Source: a virus
Reading direction: 5' to 3' (one strand)
IMG/VR virus record: IMGVR_UViG_3300013114_000583
Span: 32,001-96,000 of that record
Length of the DNA: 64,000 nucleotides
The translations under genes were made by a program, and so were the position numbers. Positions within the stretch are counted from its first letter, which is position 1. Every line of letters begins with the position of its first letter. Below are positions 1 through 7,864 of the stretch, one piece after another. The notes under the pieces were generated by a model, which saw only the letters and a program-made list of their open reading frames with translations, had not been told where the DNA came from and made no database searches.

Positions 1-515
1 GAGATACCAGCATTGATCAGCCCCAGTTGAGAAAGGACCTTTTGATCTAAAGTCATATTCTTGAGTTCGTTTTCAAGAGACCATCCGCCATCTCCCTCCG
101 ACGAATCAGTTTCAACAGATTGAAGAGTCTCGGAACCGCTGATTGATTCATCCACACCTCCCCCGCGGTAAAGCTGTTCAAAAGGAACTTTAGCTATTTT
201 AAAGGAAGCAGCAACTCGCCTTTGCAAATCATCTATACTGCTATATACTTCCTCAAGTCGGGATTTCAAATCATTTAGTTTGACCACCTTCGCCGCGTCT
301 GGGTCTGGGCACATGTGTGTGGGTTGAGTTCCTGGCGGCGCCAACGACCCATCAGCCAAACAACCAGCGTGACCCTCATTTAAGACAATATTTAGCTCTT
401 CTTGGATCATATTAATGACACTTTGCTTAATTCGTCGCGTCGGTTGGCGTTTTTGCTGTGATTCTTGGATTAGTTTTCGAGCTTCCTCCAAAATAACTTG
501 TTTGATGTGTTGCAT
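1..515 (-). CDS. hypothetical protein, runs off window; putative head-associated protein
   Basis: Hand-translated, not in track: ATG at 515 with GGAG SD, MQHIKQVILEEARKLIQES...MIQEELNIVLNEG; open to the window edge. Confidence 0.7.
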   Translation of the reverse strand, partial: MQHIKQVILEEARKLIQESQQKRQPTRRIKQSVINMIQEELNIVLNEGHAGCLADGSLAPPGTQPTHMCPDPDAAKVVKLNDLKSRLEEVYSSIDDLQRRVAASFKIAKVPFEQLYRGGGVDESISGSETLQSVETDSSEGDGGWSLENELKNMTLDQKVLSQLGLINAGI

Positions 516-576
516 ATATTCACTCCTTGGGGATGCCTGAAAGTCCCAAAATTTTTTGGCGTTATAATAATTAGTG

Positions 577-765
577 CTATTTTTTCTTTGGGAAACCGAA
601 ATACAACAAATAAAGCACCATTTCTGCCGCAATTGCGACCAAAAGGTAGTCAATCCACTCACCAATCACGAATTGTTCTATGGAAACAAGAAGAATTTGA
701 GTTGAAATCACCAGCAGGTACTGGAATTTCCTCATCTCGCACTTATCGTGGAGCTCTTTCTTCAT
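577..765 (-). CDS. small membrane protein (2 TM)
   Basis: Two hydrophobic segments and a basic C-terminus (PKKK); CTAATTA motif immediately upstream. Confidence 0.55.
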   Translation of the reverse strand: MKKELHDKCEMRKFQYLLVISTQILLVSIEQFVIGEWIDYLLVAIAAEMVLYLLYFGFPKKK

Positions 766-805
766 ATGTTAATTAGTTGGTGATGTTATAACGATGTTAT
801 AATGC

Positions 806-1048
806 CTACATGCGATCGCTTATATGGCCTTTCGTTTTCTTATTAATTTGGGTAATCTGTGTAAGAATGTCGTTCAAGAGTCGGACAATTTCAGTATTAC
901 CGGTCTCTGCGGCTGGTTTTGGCGGTGGCTGCGTAAACATATGTATTTCTTCGGGCCCTTCTTGTTCCGGATCAGTGGGGCCTTCCATTTCAAGGACTTT
1001 TTTCACTTCTTCTGCGATGATTTGTTTAATTTCATTAAGATTTTTCAT
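806..1048 (-). CDS. hypothetical protein with IIAEE-type leader
   Basis: MKNLNEIKQIIAEEVKKVLE; first 20 nt identical to the start of 1081..1677. Confidence 0.75.
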   Translation of the reverse strand: MKNLNEIKQIIAEEVKKVLEMEGPTDPEQEGPEEIHMFTQPPPKPAAETGNTEIVRLLNDILTQITQINKKTKGHISDRM

Positions 1049-1080
1049 TTTTATAATTCCCTTCCAATTTCCGTATTATA

Positions 1081-1677
1081 TTAAAAGTCATGTAACGGCG
1101 GAGGTGTTACGTCAATTGGCTTCCAAGGATCTTCATCAAACCCAACCCCGAAAACTGACTCCGGCCCATGTACCACTATTTTTAAACAAATTAGATAAGC
1201 GCCTAATACTTTTTTTACGTCTTCGGGTTCGATGGGACGTGTACCGACGGGATGAGCTCCCTTGCCGTAAGCATTCATCAACCATTTCTCCATTTTTTCG
1301 GCGCTGTATTCTTGGCTGCCAAAACACGTATCGCAAGAAAACTTCATGTTCAGTGCCTCAACTGCTTTACCTTTACCCCCAGAACATTGTTTTTGGAGCA
1401 CTCTGATGCTACTAGCTATTCTTTCAACCGGCATAAGCTTTACCGCATCAAAAGGACTGTGTTTAGTCGGATAGTCAACATCTTCACCGCTTTGAGTATA
1501 TTCTCCACCTACAGCGGTACTTACACCTGGGTTTGCCTCTCTGAAGGCTTTGGCCATATCGTTTAGTGTTTCTTCCCCCCAATCTCCTAATTTCTGCAGC
1601 TGAGCCTGGGCATCTTCTTTTATTACAAGCTTTCTCCAGTTCTCCATTATTAGTTTCATTTCATTAAGATTTTTCAT
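1081..1677 (-). CDS. hypothetical protein with MKLIMENWRK leader
   Basis: AAGGA SD; leader shared with 1691..2296. Confidence 0.8.
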   Translation of the reverse strand: MKNLNEMKLIMENWRKLVIKEDAQAQLQKLGDWGEETLNDMAKAFREANPGVSTAVGGEYTQSGEDVDYPTKHSPFDAVKLMPVERIASSIRVLQKQCSGGKGKAVEALNMKFSCDTCFGSQEYSAEKMEKWLMNAYGKGAHPVGTRPIEPEDVKKVLGAYLICLKIVVHGPESVFGVGFDEDPWKPIDVTPPPLHDF

Positions 1678-1690
1678 ATTGTTTATTCCT

Positions 1691-2296
1691 TTAAGTTGTT
1701 GGCCGATGGCCTGAACGGGTTTCCAAATATTGGAGCACTTTCTGAAGTTTCCTTATCGATTCCGCAACATTTGCAGGGACGTCCCAGTCTGCTTGCTGAG
1801 CATGCAAGAGTTGGCGATTCGCCCATCCATCGCGCGGCTCGCCAACCACTGGCCGGCCGGGTGCTGCATTGCGCCTAGGTTCTGCTTCGCGAGCTCGAAG
1901 CTTGGAGAGGTCCAATGGTTTGCCTCTTCTTTCCCGCCTGGCACTATCTTCAGCCGCATCCCACTCTTCTGCTTCTGTACCCGTCATTTGGGACCTTTGA
2001 CCTTCGGGAGTTTTAAGCCATTCAGCGTATTCTGCCTGCTCTCTCGCGGTCCGAGCGCGCTCTCCTTTCTGCCATTCGTGGTGTTCATCGTCTGGAATGG
2101 CCCAAGGCGGCAAACCCAGCCTTTTGGCCTCTGCCCACTGGCGTTCGCTGTATTCCACGTCATATCGTCCGGCTTGTTTATTCCATCGCTCCTCGTTTGA
2201 ACCCTCAAGATCGCCGAATTTATTTCTTCTTCGTCCGGGACTTTCTGATAAAAGCTTTCTCCAATTTTCTACTATTAGCTTCATTTCTTTATCCAT
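1691..2296 (-). CDS. hypothetical protein with MKLIVENWRK leader
   Basis: AAGGAG SD; leader shared with neighbour. Confidence 0.8.
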   Translation of the reverse strand: MDKEMKLIVENWRKLLSESPGRRRNKFGDLEGSNEERWNKQAGRYDVEYSERQWAEAKRLGLPPWAIPDDEHHEWQKGERARTAREQAEYAEWLKTPEGQRSQMTGTEAEEWDAAEDSARRERRGKPLDLSKLRAREAEPRRNAAPGRPVVGEPRDGWANRQLLHAQQADWDVPANVAESIRKLQKVLQYLETRSGHRPTT

Positions 2297-2349
2297 CTAA
2301 AATACTCCTTGAAAAGTCTCATTTTTTTGTGGTTGTTATAATTAGTTGC

Positions 2350-2860
2350 TATTTTCCTTTAAAATCTCAAAATTTTATCTGCGCATCGTGAATGTCCCTG
2401 CCCGCGCACATTTCACTACATGTAGGTATGGTACTTACATTCGGGTACATAGGGGGGGAGGGGGGAGGGGGGCCTACATGTAGGTGCTCACACAGAAATG
2501 AATACATCCTCCTACACGTAAGTGCTTTGCCTACATGGTGGTACACTGGAGCACATATGTGTACAATGTGTTCTTATTGCATACACTGTGGTTTAATGTA
2601 TATATATTCTTACTCTCGACCACATGTGTGGGAGTGTAGGGCGATGTAGGTAAGGTAGGTAAAAAAATACCCTTGACTACATGGTGGTTGGGTGTAGTCA
2701 AGGGTAGGTTCCCCACGCACAATGTACGGTGGAGTAAGTGGGTGTGCGCTATGTCCTACATTGTCGGTCTAGCGCGTACACTGTGTGATATGGTGCGAAT
2801 CATCGTATAATGGGGCACATTTCCTTACGTGGCGGTAAAGGTAGGCGGTTTGCCTACCCT
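2350..2860. other. non-coding palindrome/CCTACA-rich region with G-tract
   Basis: G3-G7-G6-G6 tract 2443-2472; palindromes CTACATGTAG 2416-2425 and CCTACATGTAGG 2473-2484; many CCTAC/GTAGG copies. Confidence 0.7.
2668..2706. repeat. 14-bp perfect inverted repeat
   Basis: TACCCTTGACTACA-11 nt-TGTAGTCAAGGGTA. Confidence 0.9.
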
Positions 2861-3105
2861 TCCTCACCTTGCGCTAGAACTTCCGTGAGAGCCGTTTGAA
2901 GGTCCAGCAGGGCCGCGCTGTCCAGATTGATAGCCGCGCTCTTACGTGCGCCGTTAAGGGTACGGAACGACACGCCCGCGCTGACACCGTTAACGATGCT
3001 TTGCGAGATTTGAACGCCTGCTTTGCCGTCCTCAGTCGATACGGAGAAGGCGATGTTAGTAATGTTGGACTGTTGTCTGCGGAGTGCCATGATTTGGCCT
3101 TTCAT
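2854..3105 (-). CDS. hypothetical protein, paralog of 4201..4467
   Basis: Shared QSNIxN...VNGxxAGVxxRTxNGxxKSAAIxLDxxALxDLxTAxxEVLA. Confidence 0.8.
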   Translation of the reverse strand: MKGQIMALRRQQSNITNIAFSVSTEDGKAGVQISQSIVNGVSAGVSFRTLNGARKSAAINLDSAALLDLQTALTEVLAQGEEG

Positions 3106-3219
3106 TTTCCGGCTGCGGTGCCGGGTTGTTGGTTTCGAGGGGTCAAAATTCCCTCATTTCGTATATATATTATCTCATAAAAAACGAAAAAAAACAATTA
3201 AATCGTAAAACCTCAATGA

Positions 3220-3232
3220 TATCAAGGGCTTA
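3220..3232 (+). promoter_or_regulatory. IHF-consensus site (candidate)
   Basis: TATCAAGGGCTTA matches WATCAANNNNTTR, with an A-tract upstream. Confidence 0.4.
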
Positions 3233-3303
3233 AGATTTGGCTGTTCTCGGGCTTCCGTGCCCGTGAAAACAAAACATCATTTGTCCCACCTTTAACCACA
3301 TCG

Positions 3304-3375
3304 GCCCACAGGTAGGATACAGTGCGTTCCTATACGACATGTCGTCGCTCCCCCTACACTGTCCTACCTGTGGGC
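3304..3375. repeat. long imperfect inverted repeat with central palindrome
   Basis: GCCCACAGGTAGGA(TA)CAGTG ... CACTGTCCTACCTGTGGGC; CGACATGTCG at 3335-3344. Confidence 0.85.
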
Positions 3376-3454
3376 TAACTGCTTACATCAACCGACATCC
3401 CTTGCGTCAAGGGTTTGACGCGTCAAGATATTGGCGGCGATGTAGGTTCCGCGC

Positions 3455-3697
3455 CTACAGTTTAAAAATTAACGCTGACAATCTATCGGGTGTTACATTG
3501 TTAACGAGCCAATGCCACCGGTTCGCGAGTGCCTGAGCATCCGATAGATTATTTACGTTGCCGGACATCGAAACTTCGGCTTCAGTCCCGAAAACGTAAG
3601 TAAACGAACCATCTTCGACCTCTTTAATGATAAAAAGGTGTTCTAAAAGCTCGCCAACCCACATATCGGGCTCGTGGTGTTCCCAATCAATTAACAT
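3455..3697 (-). CDS. hypothetical protein
   Basis: 80-aa ORF, protein-like composition. Confidence 0.6.
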   Translation of the reverse strand: MLIDWEHHEPDMWVGELLEHLFIIKEVEDGSFTYVFGTEAEVSMSGNVNNLSDAQALANRWHWLVNNVTPDRLSALIFKL

Positions 3698-3891
3698 ACC
3701 GTTAATATAATTACGTTGACAAAGGGAAATAAGTATGTATTAACGTCACACTACTTTAAATCCCCTTCAACCAACTCTTTTTAGCAAAGGCGACAGTTTT
3801 TTGACTATTAAACTGTGCTGTGTTAGTTTCCTAACACTACTTTCGATTCTTCCTTTTTGTTGCAGCCCATGCTTTACTCACTGATGTACGC

Positions 3892-4077
3892 TTACTCATA
3901 TTCGTGTGTCCCCTCGTTTCCGATGAGACGAATAGTCCCGGCAAGGTCAGCAGTTTGGACCCATCTCTGTGCGCCATTTTCCCATTGGACAAGGGTTTCA
4001 CGTGCGCCGCGTCGTTGTTCGATGGCAACGCCATTCTTTTGTTTAACGTGTGTAGTGATTTTTGATTGTACGAACAT
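3892..4077 (-). CDS. hypothetical protein (small beta-barrel-like)
   Basis: GAGGTG SD; G-V-A-I / LVQW / WV..ADL pattern resembles the SH3-like family. Confidence 0.6.
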   Translation of the reverse strand: MFVQSKITTHVKQKNGVAIEQRRGARETLVQWENGAQRWVQTADLAGTIRLIGNEGTHEYE

Positions 4078-4200
4078 TACTTGACCACCTCAGAAAGCCT
4101 GATAGGGCGATTTGGAAGGCAGCCTCGGGGCCTGCGACGACGACCGGCGATGTATGACCAATCGCGTGACCGGTAGAGTCGTGGTGTGGAAAAAAGCATA

Positions 4201-4467
4201 TTAGTTGACCTCGGATTCAGCACCAACGGCAAGAACTTCATTGACCGCGGTGAGCAGGTCAGTAAGGGCTTCGTGGTCGAGGCCAATGGCTGCGGACTTC
4301 TGGCCACCGTTAATGGTGCGGACTGTTACGCCTGCATTAGCACCATTGACAACAGCTTGATTGATTTCAATCCCCTGTTGCTTGAGCTTGCGGCCCTTGC
4401 TATCTTCACCGGCTTGGTTAAGGATAGTGAATCCTACGTTAACGATATTAGATTGTACTCGCTTCAT
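4201..4467 (-). CDS. hypothetical protein, paralog of 2854..3105
   Basis: AAAGGA SD, own promoter, similarity to 2854..3105. Confidence 0.8.
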   Translation of the reverse strand: MKRVQSNIVNVGFTILNQAGEDSKGRKLKQQGIEINQAVVNGANAGVTVRTINGGQKSAAIGLDHEALTDLLTAVNEVLAVGAESEVN

Positions 4468-4534
4468 TTGGGTTGTCCTTTCAAAGACATATTGTGAGGG
4501 GGACTGGAAATAGGCCCTTCTCGATTGTGTTTAT

Positions 4535-4563
4535 ATAGTAACACGGTTCATTGATTGGGTCAA
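4535..4563 (-). promoter_or_regulatory. sigma70-type early promoter
   Basis: TTGACC-17-TACTAT. Confidence 0.8.
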
Positions 4564-4607
4564 GAAAAAAGTGACCCTCTTTGTAATTTTATTATTTATA
4601 GTCTCGA

Positions 4608-4868
4608 CTAATTGTAAAGGTTGTAGTAAGCCTGTGAATCGAAGAAATAACCATCCTCATCACGTCTGCCGACCTCGGGTTGCTCTTCGCGGTCATCGAA
4701 AGCGCACCCATCTTGCATCATTGCAGTTGACAAAAGGTCGTTCGCTAAGACATCATAACCCATTGTCCAAGCGCGGTTGGCTTTAGCAAGTGTGATTGCC
4801 CGGTCTGAGCCCTCGACACACATATAATAAGCACCCTTGAATGGCACTGAAACATAATTAATACTCAT
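4608..4868 (-). CDS. hypothetical protein
   Basis: GAGGGTG SD, 86 aa. Confidence 0.65.
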   Translation of the reverse strand: MSINYVSVPFKGAYYMCVEGSDRAITLAKANRAWTMGYDVLANDLLSTAMMQDGCAFDDREEQPEVGRRDEDGYFFDSQAYYNLYN

Positions 4869-4883
4869 TTAATTCACCCTCTC

Positions 4884-5219
4884 TTAAAAAATAATCGACT
4901 TCGGTCGAATGAAAAATTCAAATGGCCCCACATGCAATATACTATAAGGCGTCGTGGTGTCTTCACTCAATACCAACGAATAACGCTTGTAGCTTAGGCC
5001 CCAGCGTCGAATATCAAACGCGGAAAACACAGTTAAATTGCCGATGTGATCGAAGCGCGGATAAGTGATAGCCGTGTTGCCCTTTGCAGTCTTCCAAACT
5101 TTCATAACAAATGAATCCCAATCCATAGTGCAAGTGCAGTCCATGGGATTGCAACCAAGCCCAAAAGAATCCAATGATTCAACTTCATTAACAATACCCC
5201 ATTGGTTCACCGGCATCAT
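4884..5219 (-). CDS. hypothetical protein (start uncertain)
   Basis: ORF fills the gap in a minus-strand gene run. Confidence 0.5.
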   Translation of the reverse strand: MMPVNQWGIVNEVESLDSFGLGCNPMDCTCTMDWDSFVMKVWKTAKGNTAITYPRFDHIGNLTVFSAFDIRRWGLSYKRYSLVLSEDTTTPYSILHVGPFEFFIRPKSIIF

Positions 5220-5439
5220 TATAGATTATTGAATCGCGCATGTTATGGTATTCTTCCCAATCGTCCTGTTTGCCACAGTGGGCCATATCTTCGAAGTTGG
5301 CCGCCTCAACATCATCACAGCGGGCTTCGTAATCATCCTCGCCCCTATCGTGACCATTTTCATCATGTGAACACGACGGGCACCACTCGGCATCGAAGAT
5401 AATAACCGCACAATCATCATTAATACATTTAATAGCCAT
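5188..5439 (-). CDS. small acidic Cys-containing protein
   Basis: CxxxxC...CxxC zinc-ribbon-like N-terminus; AAGGGG SD. Confidence 0.65.
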   Translation of the reverse strand: MAIKCINDDCAVIIFDAEWCPSCSHDENGHDRGEDDYEARCDDVEAANFEDMAHCGKQDDWEEYHNMRDSIIYNDAGEPMGYC

Positions 5440-5448
5440 TGTGTCCCC

Positions 5449-5796
5449 TTATGCCAAACCGAACTTCTTGAGCATATCCTGAACATCGTCCATACTCAAG
5501 GGGACATCGTGCACCGATACATCAACCTTGCGCTTATCCGATGGCGCGGGTGCTAGTTTCGTTGTTTCGGCGCGGATTTCGTCCTCTGTCCACTCGCCGC
5601 TTTCGAGGTCATGGTCCGTCAAAACCAAGGTGCGGGCAGGGAGGCGTTTGACGCGCAAGGTCTTTGCAACTTCGGCGCGGGCTTCGGCCTTCGTGACCTT
5701 GCGCCATACGGTAACGCCGCCGGTCCACAAAGCGTGATCATTGTTAGCGTCATCGGCTAGCCGATAGTGAATTCGAGTAGGTTTGGGGGTCCTCAT
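5449..5796 (-). CDS. hypothetical protein
   Basis: AAAGG SD, directly behind a promoter. Confidence 0.75.
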   Translation of the reverse strand: MRTPKPTRIHYRLADDANNDHALWTGGVTVWRKVTKAEARAEVAKTLRVKRLPARTLVLTDHDLESGEWTEDEIRAETTKLAPAPSDKRKVDVSVHDVPLSMDDVQDMLKKFGLA

Positions 5797-5828
5797 AAAT
5801 AAGAGCCTTTCTCATTGTGTGTATATAT

Positions 5829-5857
5829 ATACTAACACGGATCAGCGTTTCAAGCAA
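5829..5857 (-). promoter_or_regulatory. sigma70-type early promoter
   Basis: TTGCTT-17-TAGTAT followed by ATATATACACACAATGAGAAAGG. Confidence 0.7.
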
Positions 5858-5926
5858 GAAAAATCGTACCTAAAATAGTAAAAACTTTCGATACAATCAA
5901 CCATGGATTGTTCTGAACTCTTGAAC

Positions 5927-6136
5927 TCACATCGGATCGGCACTGTAAGCGATTGGTGTTGAAATTACCAATAACTCTAAATCACCCTCATCGAACCATC
6001 GGTCACCATGCGACTGGTGCATAGTATGCCATCGCACGTAAACATTGCTCGCCCGATGAGGAAAATCGCGCACCGATTGAACCAAGCCAACCACATTGCG
6101 ACCATGACGAAGTCTAACCAGATCGCCAACTTTCAT
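5927..6136 (-). CDS. MKVGDLV-family SH3/KOW-like mini-protein (solo copy)
   Basis: MKVGDLVRL...GLVQSV...VYVRW...WFDEGDLELL. Confidence 0.8.
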   Translation of the reverse strand: MKVGDLVRLRHGRNVVGLVQSVRDFPHRASNVYVRWHTMHQSHGDRWFDEGDLELLVISTPIAYSADPM

Positions 6137-6139
6137 AAA

Positions 6140-6834
6140 ACTAAACTCTCGGTTTATGTTTGTGTTCCAAGTGAAGCGTTCGCTTCACACGAAAAATGCC
6201 AAGGGTTCCCAGCTTCCCTTGACTAGATGTGACCTAACGCTTACGCAACGATCCAACCGTTCTGCACTCTATAGAGCGGCTTACGATGCTCCGAAAAGCA
6301 GCTGGTCCCGTTCACATCCCCCACAATGGCATACAGCCTACTAGCTCGTCCCGCCTACTAGCTCGTCCCGCGCATATGCGCTCGGTGCAATTCGGCTCGG
6401 TGCAATTCGGCTGCATACCAAAATAAATCTAATGCCAAGCGTCGGAACACCCATGTCCGATCAAGGGCTTGTCTAGCCATGTTTTCCTTCACACTGGTAG
6501 CAACTCCAGTGTGACATTAAGCTCGAAGGTCTGCAATAAGATGCTGCGTTTAGTCACGCAATGCAGCCACTCGACATCAGAATCATTAAATCTAAACAGC
6601 ACTTGAGCTTGTGGAAGGTTTGCCGGCGTGCACAACGACTCACCTCGCAACCCAAGTCCAGACCCCATTGGCTTGTCGGCCTTCATGGCACCCCCTACGT
6701 TCTCGGGAGTGGGCACGATTCGAACATGCCTCTTGGTTTTACTGCTCTACACTGTTATCCATGACAAGTGATCAATCTTGCAGCACGGACAACACTCAAA
6801 TGCTGATTACGTTCAACGATCCTCAATTGTTTAT
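6140..6834 (-). ncRNA. candidate large structured non-coding RNA (~650-700 nt), family unassigned
   Basis: Perfect promoter upstream; no credible ORF; about 10 helices, several needing G-U pairs possible only on the minus strand; UUCG loop, T-loop and two GAA/AGUA loop-E motifs; ends approximate. Confidence 0.7.
6336..6409. repeat. paired tandem duplications around a palindrome
   Basis: GCCTACTAGCTCGTCCC x2 (6336-6369), GCGCATATGCGC (6370-6381), GCTCGGTGCAATTCG x2 (6380-6409). Confidence 0.95.
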
Positions 6835-6840
6835 GTGTAT

Positions 6841-6869
6841 ATTATACAGGAGCTTTCTGCTTTTGTCAA
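6841..6869 (-). promoter_or_regulatory. consensus sigma70 promoter driving the candidate ncRNA
   Basis: TTGACA-17-TATAAT with extended -10 TG. Confidence 0.9.
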
Positions 6870-6927
6870 CAGGAAAGCGACTTTTATTGTAATTCTTTTT
6901 CTTATATTCTCGACAGATTGTGTCGTA

Positions 6928-7164
6928 TTAGTGAAGTTCGATGCTTGCGGCTGGTGTCATAACAAACTTGATTTCCTGTAAGATTTCCGTGAGCAACTCC
7001 AATTTAGCCTTGTTTGCGTACTTGACCCACGGAATATGGCTCTGTTGAGCAGCAAGGTCGGCAGCTTTAGTATTAAGCAAGGCCACGATATAATCAGTGT
7101 TTGCCAGCGACATCGACAATTCACCTGAGAAAAACTCTCTAATTAATTCTTCGTTCTCAAACAT
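6928..7164 (-). CDS. hypothetical protein
   Basis: Likely start MFENEE at 7164, overlapping the upstream stop. Confidence 0.65.
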   Translation of the reverse strand: MFENEELIREFFSGELSMSLANTDYIVALLNTKAADLAAQQSHIPWVKYANKAKLELLTEILQEIKFVMTPAASIELH

Positions 7165-7369
7165 CTTCACTTCCCACTTCTGGTTTGTCCTCAAAGTACG
7201 GCCTCAAAGCCACTTCGACTTGATTGTGCAATATGCTCGTTAACAATATCGCTTCTTCTTCGGTGATTTCCAGCTCAAAAGGTAGTCTCACTTCAACCTT
7301 TATAGAGTCAGAATGAATCTCTGTATCGAAATAAGCACCTGGTGTTAGGCATTTGGTCTTGAGAGCCAT
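7157..7369 (-). CDS. hypothetical protein
   Basis: Likely start MALKTK at 7369; the longer track ORF runs through a terminator. Confidence 0.6.
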   Translation of the reverse strand: MALKTKCLTPGAYFDTEIHSDSIKVEVRLPFELEITEEEAILLTSILHNQVEVALRPYFEDKPEVGSEDV

Positions 7370-7384
7370 GAAAAATTTCCCGCG

Positions 7385-7463
7385 AAAAGAAAAAAAATGC
7401 GGCGATTGGGCAACGGGCACGAGGCCGATTAATAGTTGATCCCCTTGGCGCGGGCCCAATCGC
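7385..7463 (-). terminator. long hairpin plus U-tract after 7479..7742
   Basis: GCGATTGGGC (7402-7411) / GCCCAATCGC (7454-7463), followed on the minus strand by TTTTTTTTCTTTT. Confidence 0.6.
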
Positions 7464-7478
7464 ACGCGGCTGAGTCCT

Positions 7479-7742
7479 CTATTTCTTAAAGGTCAGCGAA
7501 CCACGATTGTTCTCAATGAAATTTGCCATTTCTCCGGATTGAATCAACTCCTGATCAATTCGTTCCCACTGGGCCGCATAAAGCGTAACTGGAAAGCGAC
7601 CCATACCATAAACGCTTACTGCACCCTTTTGGGAAACCTTCATTTTTAGACCATTAAGTTTGGCCTGTGCCTTGAGATTTGCATTTTCTGCCTCAACAAC
7701 ATTGAGGCGTTCAAGTAATTCCTGGGCTTGCTCTGGTGACAT
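7479..7742 (-). CDS. conserved hypothetical phage protein
   Basis: Coiled coil plus KVSQKGAVSVYGMGRFPVTLY motif recalled from other viruses; AAAGGA SD. Confidence 0.8.
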   Translation of the reverse strand: MSPEQAQELLERLNVVEAENANLKAQAKLNGLKMKVSQKGAVSVYGMGRFPVTLYAAQWERIDQELIQSGEMANFIENNRGSLTFKK

Positions 7743-7775
7743 ATTGAAAATGTCCTTTCTTTATTGTGTATATAT

Positions 7776-7804
7776 ATACTATCACGACTTACTGACAAAT
7801 GCAA
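7776..7804 (-). promoter_or_regulatory. sigma70-type early promoter
   Basis: TTGCAT-17-TAGTAT followed by ATATATACACAATAAAGAAAGG. Confidence 0.75.
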
Positions 7805-7864
7805 GAAAAAAATGTAGGCAGATGCAAGTTTATTTTACCCACACCTACCTACATTTACCTACAT

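Noticed and set aside
2392-2722. ORFs 2392..2649 (+) and 2531..2722 (-)
   Set aside because: Low-complexity translations of the repeat and G-tract region, without an SD.
6489-6716. 75-aa minus-strand ORF and overlapping plus-strand ORFs in the ncRNA region
   Set aside because: No family features, covers only a third of the transcript and coincides with stable helices. A short peptide cannot be fully excluded.
6689-6800. tRNA or tmRNA around the GTTCGAAT T-loop
   Set aside because: There is no proper acceptor stem, D arm or anticodon arm; the downstream CACTCCC pairs locally with GGGGGTG.
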